Positions 36,408-49,315 of a stretch of DNA of 64,000 bases are shown in pieces; the stretch's first letter is position 1; each line of letters starts with the position of its first letter. A program made the translations under genes and the position numbers. This stretch comes from Batkoa obscura (taxonomy: Eukaryota): positions 310,001 to 374,000 of the forward strand of contig JASVEC010000019.1 of assembly GCA_030770535.1 (NCBI GenBank), written 5' to 3'. Below the pieces are notes generated by a model, which ran no database searches, had not been told where the DNA came from, and worked only from the letters and a program-made list of their open reading frames with translations.

Positions 36408-38180
36408 ATGAGTAATTTAAAATATCCACCTAAAATACATCGTTATCAGGATAATGATTTTGAAGATGTAGATATTAAATATAGTCATACATTACCTGGA
36501 TTAAGTATGAATAATGACAAAAAAGCATATTTAAATAAAATAAGAAATCAACGTTATACATTATATGAAAATGATAATTTAGAGAATGATCATTCTATTG
36601 TACATTTACCTAAATCTAAATTTATATTAATTATATTTGGGTAAGTTTTTTTAAAATTAATAACAATTAATAATAATAATATAAAAACAAGTTTGTCTTA
36701 ATTAACTAACTAAACTTTGAATTTTTATAGCTTAGCCTTAGTTATTTTCTTATCATTCTTGGATGGTACAATATTAACAACTGCCTTAGCTAATATATTA
36801 AATGATTTTGGTTCATTTGAAGATATGACCTGGGTAGCTGCTTCTTATATGATGACAAGTACAGCTACTCAACCATTATATGGAAAATTAAGTGATATAT
36901 TTGGTAGAAAAGTAACTTTAATGGTAGCTATTTTATTGTTTTCCATTGGTTCTTTATTATGTGGTTTATCTACTAGTTTAATAATGTTAATATGGTCACG
37001 TGCCTTGACTGGTGCAGGTGGAGGTGGATTAATTTGTTTATCTATTATAATTATTAGTGATATTGTACCTTTAAGAAAACGATCAATTTATATGTCTATT
37101 TCAGGATTAATGTTTACATTGAGTAGTCTATCTGGACCATTAGTTGGAGGATTGATATCAGATTTAATTAATTGGAGATGGACTTTCTTTATTAATTTAC
37201 CATTATGTTTAATAGCTATATTAATATTATATTTTTTATTAAATTTACCTAAACCGGTAGGTAATTTTTATCAAAAATTAAAATCTATTGACTATTTAGG
37301 TTTAATATTGTTATTATCAGCAACTAGTTTATTGTTATTAGGCATTGGTTGGGGTGGTAAACAATATAATTGGAATTCATTACAAGTGTTATTACCAATA
37401 TCAATTAGTATATTATTATTTGTAATCTTTATTTATATTGAAAATAATATATCAAAAGATCCAATTATTCCATTAAATATTATTAATAACAATGTATTAT
37501 CTGCCAATATTACAATGTTTTTTATAGTTTTCCCTTACTTCTTTATCCTATTTTATATGCCCATTTATTATCAAGTGTTAAAAGGAGAATCCGCTACCAT
37601 TTCTGGTTTAGAGTTATTACCCATTATGGTATGTACTGTTATCTGTAGTATATTATCTGGTATTTATACTAATAAGACTGGCAAATATAAATTAATGAAT
37701 CAAATGGGTACCTTCCTTATATTGCTAGGTTGCTCTTTATTTGGTATCTTTTTACGTTCTAATATTTCAAGAGTTGAAGAAATGTTTTATTTATTATTGA
37801 TTTCTGGTGGTTTTGGATTATGTATACAAACATCCACAATTATATGTCAAACAGCAACTCTAGAAAAAGAAAGTGCTGTTGTTACTTCTTTAATTAGTTT
37901 TTCTCAATCTATGGGTTCTGTATTTGGTTTAGCTTTATGTTCTATTATTTATAAATTCTATTTGAATGTGAGTTTAACAGAAGCTAATTTAGATATCAAT
38001 CAAGGAGTTGTGGATTCACTATCTTCCATCTCTCAATTAGATGAAGAATCAAAAACACTTGCAATAGAAGCTTTATTTTTTACATTTAAAATGTGCTATA
38101 GATATATGATTCTTGTTTCTGCAATTGCTTTTGTTTCTTCTTTATTTCTAAAACATATTGTTATGCGTCAAGTTAACTAA
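36408..38180 (+). CDS. MFS drug:H+ antiporter (DHA2/14-TMS type); intron 36641-36730
   Basis: FLSFLDGTILTTAL, PLYGKLSDIFGRK, WRWTFFINLP, IDYLG and many TM segments. The two track ORFs are joined by GTAAGT...TTATAG. Confidence 0.92.
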
Positions 38181-38724
38181 ATTATAAATCTAAATATTAA
38201 AGTTAGATTATTAAATTGAAACCATACCTTCTGCTTACTTTATTATTTGTAAGACATATTGTTATATAACAAGTAAACTAAATAGATAAGTTTATTGATT
38301 AAAGTTAAATTAGATAAAATTATAGTTTAAATCATTTAATTCCAATTAATACTCTTTGATTTTTTCACTTCTTTGTTCATTATAAGGGACTGACTTCTAA
38401 AATAATATTGTATTTGATATTAAAATTTTATTTTATTTAATTCTAAATAAAAATTCAAAACTAAAAAGTTTATCTATGATAAAGTTTATTATTTATCAAT
38501 AGTTCTTTAATGCGTTTTTTGTAATTGGATTACTTATTATAATAACAGTTATAATGTCATCGTTATACAAAAAGTATTAAATAATTAATCGAATAGTGAT
38601 ATTTAGTATAATAACAGCCTATTACTATTATTGTTATTATTGTTATTATTCTAATTGAGTATAATAGCGGATTAATAGTAGATTAACTTGAATTTATTAT
38701 AATAATTCAAAGGTTGTAATATAT

Positions 38725-38818
38725 AGAGGTGTTTTTTAGTCTCATTATTTTCTATTTTTAAGCGCTACTTGAGTGGGAAGATTATTGATAAAATCCTTAA
38801 ACACAAAAATACATCCCT
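38725..38818. mobile_element. MITE family copy
   Basis: Family core with ATAT flanks. Confidence 0.85.
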
Positions 38819-38938
38819 ATATATTTAGTAAATTTAATAATTAGCTTATTAACTAGTATTATCCTATTAAACTCTGTAAACAATTTATTTACAATTTACT
38901 TTTTAAACTTGTATTAATTCTATTTTTAAATAATATAT

Positions 38939-39036
38939 GGGGATATTTTTTTTGATTTCATTATTTTTTCCATTTTTAAGCGCTATTTGAGTGGGAAGAT
39001 TGTTAGTAAAATTCTTAAACACAAAAATACGTCTCC
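38939..39036. mobile_element. MITE family copy
   Basis: GGGG...CTCC with ATAT flanks. Confidence 0.9.
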
Positions 39037-39254
39037 ATATCTACAAATCTTTTTAAGATCATTAGTTGTATAAAAAGAATACAATAAATATTTTATTTTC
39101 TGATACTCTAAAAATAATTATTAAACTATTTATTTCAAATAATATTAAACAATATTATAAAAATTCAAAAAATTCATAGCATAAGCAACTAAAAACACTC
39201 AAAAATAAGAATCCAAATTAAATTTTATTTTTCAGAATTAATTTTAATATTAAA

Positions 39255-41198
39255 TTACCAAGCTAATAAACCTTTATTTTTCATCTTCGGAACTAAGATA
39301 AACTTTTGCATTAATATCCACTTTTTGTTCACTTTTTTCAGAACCTGAATAATAAGTTTCTGATTCTTCCGTAGTTAGTCCAGTAACATTCATTATATTT
39401 CTAGTATGATTATCAGATGGAGGATGCATTTCGGAATTATCTATAAAATAATTTAAGTTTAATTTTATATAAATAGTTAATTAATTACTTTGATTATTAC
39501 TATACTGATGTTGCCATGTAGTAGCATTTATTAAATCCTAAAACAATTGATTTAGTTTAGTTTAGTTTAATTTTATTATTATTATTATTATTATTATTGT
39601 TATTATTATTATTATTATTATTATATAACATAAATTTTACTCTTGAATTATATTTTACTTGTGATGGATATTCATCTTCAAAAGATAAGTCAGAAGCAAT
39701 TGGATGGTTTGGTGAACTTATAATAATACCTGGATTAGCTTCATTTTTTAGACTTTGAGATAGAACTTGATTTGTATTATTTAAAGGAGTTTTTATAGAA
39801 TCATTAAGCGGCACAGTTAAATTATTAATCATGTCTGTCTTTGTCGATTCATTATTGATATTTTCTGTAATTAAATAAAATATTAGAATTATTAATAATT
39901 AGAGTTCATTATAGTAGTAACTTAATCCTTTACCTTGTTTATTTAATTCATCTTCCTCTTCACTTAATTCACCATCTTCTTTTTGATTGTTTGAATTATC
40001 ATTGGCTGATATATTGATTTGGTTACTCTTAGGAGTCATATTAAATTCATTTGAAACTACAATTATATCGTTATTATGATCTTGATTACAATTATTTTTA
40101 TCATCAATTAATTCAATTGTATCTTTTATTACAATGCAATTGTTTGATGAATTATTAAAATCCTTTGAAGTACTATCTACTTTATCTACATCATCTTGGT
40201 CACAATAGTTTAAAACTCTCTAAAAAAATAAATTGAAATTAAAGAAATCAAATTATAAATCATTACGTTTTTTCTATTCTTTGGCTTACGACGAGTTGTT
40301 TTCTTAACTGTATTATTTAAGCTACCATTGTTATTATTTACAGTAGGGATAAGTGAATTATAATCAATAATAGGTCTATTAAAAGCTGTATTATTTTTAC
40401 TTCTAACTCTAGGATTATTATGATGTTCACGCTCTATAATTGGTATTTGACTATTTTGATTAACTCTTTCAGGTTCAATAACTGATCTTTGACTATTTTG
40501 ATTGACTTTCTGAGATTCTATAGGTTGTACTTGACTATTTTGATCCTCATTATTATTTATTCTTTTTGATCTTTTAAACTAAATTAAAATAAGTATTTAT
40601 ATAACTAATAAAGATAACCAAATATACTTTAGATGATAATGGATTAATATGAATATCTTCTACATTTAGGTTAAGACGTTTTGAGATAAAATCCGCTCTA
40701 TGAATCTGAAAACAAAATCAATTAAAAAATTAAAAAGTCAAAAAATTCATTTACTCCTTGATTATCTTTTGTTACGATAAAACACTTTTCATCTGAAATT
40801 TCTTCATAGGTGCCTCTAGCCACTTTTCTTGACCCCTCTCTCTATAGAATTGGAATTAATATGCTACTAATTAATATTTAAATAAATTTACTATTGTTTC
40901 TTGAATTTCAAATCTACCTTGATTTAATTCTAAATTAAAAGGTAATTGAATTTGATCACCAAATTTCAATTGAGCTAAAAAAACATAATAAGAATAAAAT
41001 CAATAAGTTTAAAATTAATTGAAAACGAATAAATTTACTTAATAACTCAAAATGATAAAATTTATTTTTACTTTCCCCTTTAGCTTGACCTATACTTGAC
41101 CTCGAAAAATTAATAGTATGAAAGCCATTATCATTTTGATTAGTATTAACTTGTTGTTGTTGATTCATTTGTCTTGAATTACAAGGTTGATTATTCAT
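39255..41198 (-). CDS. Multi-exon protein of unknown function, possibly with an EAF (ELL-associated factor)-like N-terminal domain and a low-complexity tail
   Basis: Series of GT-AG-bounded exons: GFHTINF..KFYHFELL, KVARGTYEEISDEKCF, IHRADFISKRLNL, an acidic EDGELSEEEDE and a last exon ending KGLLAW*. The EAF resemblance is weak and judged by eye. Confidence 0.6.
39573..39624. repeat. (TTA)n microsatellite, probably intronic
   Basis: About 17 TTA/TTG units lying between a GT donor (~39658) and an AG acceptor (~39539) on the minus strand. Confidence 0.85.
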
Positions 41199-42315
41199 TT
41201 TTAAAGTTGAAAAATAAAAATAAAATGTTTTTTATAGGTTTTTTTAGTTTTTCAAGTATTGAAAAGTCTTCCTTTTCATTGGTTGGATTAGAACCTATGA
41301 ATATAAAATTGAATAAACTCAAAATACAAAATAAATTAAGTTGAAAAGTAATTAGCAGAGGGTTCATTAATTATTTGGTTTTTGGTGATATTGAAATTCA
41401 TAAGGTAGAGTAAATCCAAAAGATCTTATTTGACTATACTAACTCATAAACTCTATATCACACACTTAAGATAGAGTTAGATAAGGGCATAAAAAATGAC
41501 TGTTTTATTTGAACTGACTTTTTAGATTGAAGAAAGTAAGCACAATATAGAATGAATTTAAACTCAGTTAGAAGGATAACAAATGCAATAATTGTATTTT
41601 ATTTTACCTAGTCTCTTTTGTTTATACTTATTTTTATTTTAATAGTTTACACAAATTATTATTATTTTAATATGAGATAGTTTTATATTTTTAATACATT
41701 TTTAATAGTTTTACTTTTAACCCTTTTCTTAAATGAGATAATTGACTTCAATTTAATAGCAAATAATATCCAAAAAAAGGTGACTATCTTTTTATTCATT
41801 TTTATAATTTGTATTAATACTAACAAAAAAACTCAAAACATGTACTAATTTTTATCTGTTATTATAATAATAATAACAAAGAAGTTAACTTAAATGTTAT
41901 CTTTGTTTTATTTTAATATATAATAAATAAAAATCAAGTATTCACTTCTAATAAACAAAGATCAATAAGATATTGACAATCTACTTTTAATTTTTATCTC
42001 AATTTAATTCATCACCAACATAAACATATATTACACTTATATTATATTATCAAACTGAAAGATACTTATTGTCCAATGAAGGATAATCCGTAGTTTTATG
42101 AGTATTAAAAGCTCAATTCTATTTGTTCAATAAAATTTCTTTGTATATCAGAAAAAACATTTTAAAAATATTTAAAATGGTGAGTACACGCAACTTTTCC
42201 AATTTACTATACTATTTTCATATTAAATATGATATTTGAGTTAAGAAAAGTACTTATAATTCATTAGATTAACTTCATCCGAAAAGGAGCTTACTTTCTG
42301 AGCTAATTTACTCAT

Positions 42316-42412
42316 GGGGTATTTTTTTGGCTTTATTACTTTTTCCATCTTTTAAGCGCTAATTGAATGAAAAATTTGTTGCTAAAATTCTTAAACACAA
42401 AAACACATCCCC
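42316..42412. mobile_element. MITE family copy, TSD TCAT
   Basis: GGGG...CCCC with TCAT at 42312-42315 and 42413-42416. Confidence 0.9.
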
Positions 42413-42475
42413 TCATTTATCTTTTTTTGGCCATTTATTTTACTTTCTTTTAAGTAGCTAGATTGTCAATAACTG

Positions 42476-43416
42476 CTATCTTGATCTTCTTGTTTTTAGA
42501 AGCTGTATTTGATTACTATAAGTTGATGAATCAATTCCATCTCTTAGCTCCACTGTATCTTTTACATCTAAATATTTATTTGATAAATCCTCGAAAGCTA
42601 TTGGATCACCATGGGAACTTTTAACAATATAAAGAAAATGATTATTATTATTTTCTATACTTCTAGTGTCATTAGAGACGGTTATAGTTGAATTTAGATT
42701 ATAAATAGGACTAATTAAAGTTTGTGTATTGTTGCATTTAACACTGGGTTTAATATGAGATTTAGAAACTATTGACTTTCTTAAAAGTTCTTCAGTATAT
42801 TGGTAGAAAAAATAGGTCAATTAACTATAAATCAATCAATCAATCAATATTACTTTTGTTTTTGTTTTCTAGAACCGAGAACCCTCAGTATGTAAAGGCC
42901 ATTGTGAAACAGATTCAGCAATATAATCCTAGAACTATCTTGAATAAAAACTACTAACAACAATAGAATAATTTAACCCATTGCTACTATCGACTAATAT
43001 AATGAAACTTTTTCTATTATTATTTTCTACAAGTTCCTCTGATGACTTTATCTCTCCTAATTCTCTATCAATATTGATTTAAAATGCTAATTATTAACTG
43101 CTTTCATTTCTACATTCATTAATTCATAAACTCGAAAACTAGTACGATTTTTTTTAAGAATACAAGGTAACTTAAGTTGATCTTCAAACTGGCCATGATC
43201 TTTGAAGAAAATCAATAAATAGGTAAGACTTAATTTGAATTTTTCAAGATTACTTAATAACTCGAAGAGCCTAAAATCCTTATTATCATCTCTTTCAGTT
43301 TCAGTTAAACCGGATTCGATAAAGTGAATATTACAAAAGTCAGTAAGCTTGATTAATAATAGTATCTTGGATTTCCTCTTGCTTTTGCTTTAGATTAGAA
43401 TCCAAACTAGTCTCAT
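42476..43416 (-). pseudogene. Degenerate paralog of the 39255-41198 gene
   Basis: DFCNIHF..DFRLFELL|GTAATC, KVIRGT and LDVKDTVELRD (versus IVIKDTIELID); stops and frameshifts present. Confidence 0.6.
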
Positions 43417-43543
43417 CTTAAAATTGAAATTGATGACGAATTGATTTCTTAGTTTTTATTATTAAGCACCAAAATTCAATTTTATTGGTTTAAAATGAAA
43501 TAAATTAAAATTAACTTTGATGTGAATTCAAGGAATAGAATAT

Positions 43544-43642
43544 GGGGATGTATTCTTGTTTAATAGTTTTACTAACAATCTTTCCGCTTAAATAACGCTT
43601 AAAAAATGGAAAAAGTAACAAAAATCAAAAAAAAATATCCCT
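43544..43642. mobile_element. MITE family copy
   Basis: Family core. Confidence 0.85.
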
Positions 43643-44704
43643 ATGTTCTTCAGTATCCTTTTTTCACTGTTTTTGAACTTTAAAATTTCAACTATTTTCA
43701 AAATTCATTATCATAGATCTAATTAACAATTAATAAAATTGTTACTTTTTAATATCATTGATTAAGGTAATTCATTTCCGAATCTGTAATATATGTACGT
43801 ACTCGAAAATCCAAATTAGTGTTAAAATAGCAATAGATCAAAGGTACTAATAATTTCATATAGAAATAGTTTAGTATCCTATACTTAAACATCTGTATCA
43901 AAGTTATTAAAGCTAATAAAGTAATTTTATCAACTTTTAATTCCTATGATTTATTAATAATGTTTAATAAAGTGACCAAGTTTTATTAAATTATTTTGTA
44001 ACATTAAAATAATCAATGTTAGTAAAATTTAATATAAATCCCAATGTTTATTTAGATGAGATAGAAACTAAGAATATTCCATAATTTTTGAGTAAAAATA
44101 AAATAAATAGTAAACTCAATTTAAGATAAGTTAACTAACTCTTCAAACTTACTTGTAAGCTGAGCTTTGCTTTTTTTTCCTGCTTCTCCTAAAGCTTTCA
44201 TTCTGCTGTCAAATTTTGCTATTTTATTAACAGTATTGACAATTTCATCTTCAACTTTTATATTATTATTAATTTCATCACCATTTTTAACCATTTTATT
44301 ATTACCAGTTATAGTGCTATTTACAATTTCCTAAAAAATAAACGTTGATAAGTGTTTTTTTAATATTTTAATTATAATAAATTTTGTATATGCTAATCTT
44401 TCAATAACTTTATATTTAATAAAATCCCTACCTCTATTGCTTTTAGCTATTATACTTACTTTCCTGTCATTGGTGTTATTACAATTACTTTGGGTCAAAT
44501 TGACAAGTTTATTTTGATTTGTGTTAAGCCCTACAAATCAAAATTAATTAAAATTTAATAGATTATATAAAACCTGTATTATTATTATTATTTATGATTT
44601 ATTGATTCACAAAATGAATTGAAATGTTAAGTATTGATCTAGGGATTAATCCTAGATGGAAATTTAATGTTTAAAGCATTATATGATTGAGTATAATAAT
44701 ATAT

Positions 44705-44801
44705 GGGAGTGTTTTTTAACTTCATTATTTTTTCCATTTTTTAAGCACTATTTGAGTGGAAAATTTGTTAGTCAAATTCTTAAAAACAAAAATACATCCC
44801 C
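44705..44801. mobile_element. MITE family copy
   Basis: Near-consensus with ATAT flanks; very similar to 45653-45750. Confidence 0.9.
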
Positions 44802-45018
44802 ATATTATAGGATCTATTTTATTAGTTTGATTTTGACTAATAACTTCTACTATATCTATCAACTCATTTCAATTATCAACCATGAATTTACCATATCACT
44901 TTAAGTATTATCATTATAGGATTTGCTTCATTAATTTGAGAATTATTTACAACAAAGTCAACCATACTAATAAGATTACTACCCACTTTTAAGTCTGCTG
45001 GATCATTTTGTTTATCAA

Positions 45019-45482
45019 TGTGAAATCTGGTACTCAGTGTTTGCAGTCAAAAACAGTTATTGCCTGCTTGACTACACTATAAGTCGAAAGGTCTTAGTTT
45101 ATGTGACTAAGATAGACTTGCATTATAAAGAATAGCACGTAATAGGCTACAGACTGTATAAAACAAATACAATAGACAATACTAATGTAAAATCTACGTA
45201 AAATATTATTAAGAAAACTTAGTGGCTTTATTAAATGTTCGAGATATCAGTGAATAATTCAATTAAAAAGCCTCGAGCTATTATGTTTTAGAATCTCTTT
45301 TATATTCCGATAAGTATAAATATCAAGACGAGAGGATAGTATTCTTTGAGACGAAGATAGAAATTCTCATAGCAAATCAGAATGAGAGCATGGGACTAAT
45401 TATCTCTATAATCGAGAACACAACAGCCTAAGCAATTGTTATGCTATAATTAACCATGGGGCTGACAAAGCGATATTCCACA
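45019..45482. mobile_element. 464-bp solo-LTR-like element, copy 2
   Basis: TGTGAAAT...ATTCCACA termini (TG...CA with a short inverted repeat); colinear with 13353-13816. Confidence 0.75.
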
Positions 45483-45529
45483 GGTTAAAAGCATAACTCC
45501 AAGCACAAGTACAAAATCAAAAAAAAACT

Positions 45530-45750
45530 GGAAGTGTTTTTTTTGGCCTGATTACTTTTTCCGTCTTTTAAGCACTATTTAAGTAGAAAGATTGTTAGTC
45601 AAACTCTTAAACACAAAAATACATCCCCACTATAATAATAAGTACAACATATGGGAGTGTTTTTTTGACTTCATTATTTTTTCCATTTTTTAAGCACTAT
45701 TTGAGCGGAAAATTTGTTAGGGAAATCCTTAAAAACAAAAATACATCTCC
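45530..45750. mobile_element. Two adjacent MITE copies (45530-45628 and 45653-45750)
   Basis: Family core occurs twice in the same orientation. Confidence 0.88.
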
Positions 45751-46199
45751 ATATGCAGTTTCAAAGGTTATTGTTAAAATTAACTTATAAAAAAATATAA
45801 CCCATATAACTTTAAAAGTTAGAACTAAAATACTGGAAGTTCAAGTTAATGCAAACTGAAAAATAATATTGAAAAAGTTTAAAAAATTTATTTTTTGAAA
45901 TTACAATTAGTAAAAAAAGCAGCCCCTATTTATATTTTTTGGAACTTATTAATGTCAAGTTTAATAATTTTATGTTATTAGATTGTTTAAAATATTTTAA
46001 TATAAATTTATATATATATATAAATAGTTAATTATTAGTTGCAGTGCAATTAAAAAATTTATAATAAAATAAAAAATATAATCAAAGTTGAATTTTATTT
46101 CTATTTTTAATCAATTTTAAAACAGAGCATCAGTTATAAAATCTTTATATATTAATATACGTTTATTATATTTTTTTCATTTAATTTTTTTTATCATAT

Positions 46200-46297
46200 G
46201 GGAATGTTTTCTTTGGCTTTATTATTTATTTCATCTTTTAAGCACTATTTGACTGGAAAGATTATTAGTAAAACTCTTAACACAAAAATACATCCCC
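46200..46297. mobile_element. MITE family copy
   Basis: Family core and CCCC end. Confidence 0.85.
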
Positions 46298-47299
46298 ACA
46301 TATTGAAATTAAGTAGAATAATAATTTTAAATAGCTATTGATTTTTGTATAAAGTATGATTTTTTTATTCAAATTTTATATATATTTACTCGAGCTTTTA
46401 GTTTTCAAATAGAGTATTTTGAAATTAATAGATATTTAAAAATATGTTCTAAAATTTTATTAATTGTCTAAATTTGGCTTTAATCTAGTGATAAATATAT
46501 TTGGAAAAAAAACGTGACTACTGTTTTTAATAATATAGACATAAATAAAAAATCAAAATCTTCAAAACAAGCTTAATTCTTTCCTATACAATAATAATTT
46601 AAAAAAAGACATAAAAGGCAAAATAAGCATTAACTTTGCTTTAATTTAGTAGATCATATATAATTAATATACTTATCCAATAAACCAAGATAAACTTTTT
46701 TAGCTACAACTTTTTTAGCTACAACTTTTTCCTCCCTTTTATCAAAGCCTAAATAATGTAGCTCTCAATATCTTTAGTAACCAATCCTGTTGTCCCGCTT
46801 ATTTAATCTTTAGGACTATCACCCTATTTAAAAGCAGCTTTAAAGTTGTCCAAAAAGACTTAAATAAAATATAATTCGTTTTATAGGCTACAATGAATAC
46901 TTCGACTCTTACTATATTACTATTCTTATATATCGAAACCTTCTAAATCCCATTTGTTTAGTTTATCAAACAATATATGTATATGTATTATCCTTACGCT
47001 ACATTATGGCTCTTAGATATTTGACGTCAAAAGAAGATACACTAAAAACAAGTCGATAATTTTATTGTATTATAACGATGGAAGATCCAATTTGATTTAT
47101 TAGGCTGAGAAGTTTGGTTGTGTTTGATTCAATAGAAATTCACTTGGATGCATTGAAAGTAATATTTAAAATAACGACTATATGTGGCTTGTCAAATTCT
47201 CTATCATTATATTATATATTAAAAACAGTGTATTGAATTTAATAACAACCTTTCACTTTATTGAGTTGATTTTATTTGAAACTAAACTACTCACTCTAC

Positions 47300-48833
47300 C
47301 TTGGTCACTTAATTCACCCTCTTCATATTAGTCAGTTGTTCCTCCTTCTTCTTTTTGATCATTTAAACCCTCAGTATTTTTTCCATTCTCCTTCATATTC
47401 TTAATAATGATTTTAGAACCACTAGAAACTCCAATTACACCATTACTATTTTTGATTACAATCAACTTCCTTATTTGTTAGCTCTTTTGTACCTTTTGGA
47501 TCTAAACATGTATTTAACAAACCATACTTATCATTTAAATTGACATATGGCCTTTCGATTTCATCAAAACTATGGCCGTGATCAAATCTTTAAAAGAAAC
47601 CAGAGTAAGTAGGGTAGAAATAAACAAGCATAATTGAAACACCAACCTTCTCATTTATACCATTTTTTTTGCCAACAAGATACTTTTTTGAGCCCTTTTT
47701 TGTAATCTTTTTTGTAATCTTTTTTGTTTATTAGAAGCAAAAATCTCTCCATAATAATCATATTTATTGTTAGTAAAACCTTGACTATTATCATTATCTA
47801 TAACTTTTGGGGCATTACTAAATCCATTAGCTTTAAATACTCTTTGATTAAAACCACAAATAATATTACTAGAAGTTTGGCCATTACTATTCTTAACATT
47901 TGTAAAGATATCAGTATTACTAACTATAAGCACATTTCGATAAAAACTACCTATATCATTATTGGAAATTCGATCATTACTATCCCTAAATTTGAGGAAA
48001 TTATGAAGTTCATGGGATGTAAATACTATCTGAAGTTATTGATCTTGTCCCTAGTAAGAGTCAGTATAATTAAATTATAAACTTTAGAAAATGCCCTAGT
48101 TTAGATATAGTTGGAACTAACTTTAGTATGCTCATTCAGGAGCTATGATAAAGACTATGGGTCCTTTTTTAAAAAAGGGCAAGTATTTTTACGTTGTAAA
48201 TGAGTAACCTCATTCTGTGTGATTTGAATATTTGACTATGGGTGACATCAAGGGATATTCGTTTTGAAATAAATTCTACCAAATAACCTTAAAAAATAAG
48301 TTAAGAATTAAAAAAGTAAAGTATTATTTACTCCTGTTTCACCTTTAGATATGATAAAACTTCTTTCATCAGTAATTTCCTCTAAAGTGCCCGTAATTAA
48401 CATCCTACTTTCTACTTTCTGTAAAATTGATTTATGATAATACTACAAATATTACAAACATTTGCATCGTTCGTTTGGTTTGATCTAAGCCTTTTATTAC
48501 TCCTTATGATAAAGGTACAAGGCAATTTGATTTTTTTCACCGCTTTATTTCAGCTTTAATAGAATTAAATCAATAGAATAAAACTGTATTTAATATTTTA
48601 GATTACTTAACAACTCAAAGCGACGAAGTTGTTTATGTTTTTTCTTTCCAGTTGAGCTTGATAATTCAACAAAATGAGCATCATGGAAACCTTATATTCC
48701 TTCACAAGTATGATGACCTGAGATGTCTTCTAAATTTTACATCCCATTTTTATTTTCTGTTATTCCTATCTTTTGCTTTGGCTTCTGACTAGGCGGCATC
48801 TTTTTAAACTTAATGTTTGTGTTGATTCTTCAT
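47300..48833 (-). pseudogene. Degenerate paralog of the 39255-41198 gene
   Basis: MKNQHKH*..., GFHDAHF..KQLRRFELL|GTAATC and LITGTLEEITDERSF (versus ARGTYEEISDEKCF). Several in-frame TAA stops; the 3' boundary is approximate. Confidence 0.62.
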
Positions 48834-49315
48834 TTTTTTAATGAAATTTTCGATTTAATTTTCTTAGTTTTTTATAGTTAAGATTTAAAAGTTATATTTT
48901 GTTGGTTAAAAATAAATTAAATTTAAAAGTGAACTCAAAGGATATGTCAATCAAACTATGGAACACTTAGTAAAAGGTATTAGCTATTAATCTTTATTTA
49001 CTTTTATATATACAAGTCTCCGAGTAATCCTTAAATTATTTTCTAGCTATTTAAATCTTTAAAAGTATTTGATAAACGATTGGTAGATAGTAAGGAGAAA
49101 TATAAAATAATTGTGCTTTTTACTTTAAACTCATTTTCATTTTCATTTTCATTTTCACTTTATGTAAAATCGGAACCAATTGATGGCTATAACAATTTAA
49201 TTTTACATCTGAAGTTTAACGTTAATTTATAAAAATTGATTTTAGATTGAAGCAAAACTTTCCTCCATCAAATTCAGTTCAATTTTCAAAATCATAAAGT
49301 CAAAATCAAATAATA

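Noticed and set aside
46770..47200. Possible reverse-transcriptase or transposase remnant (LSRLFNL on +, FLDNFKAAF on -)
   Set aside because: The motifs are too short and full of stops to support without a translated search.
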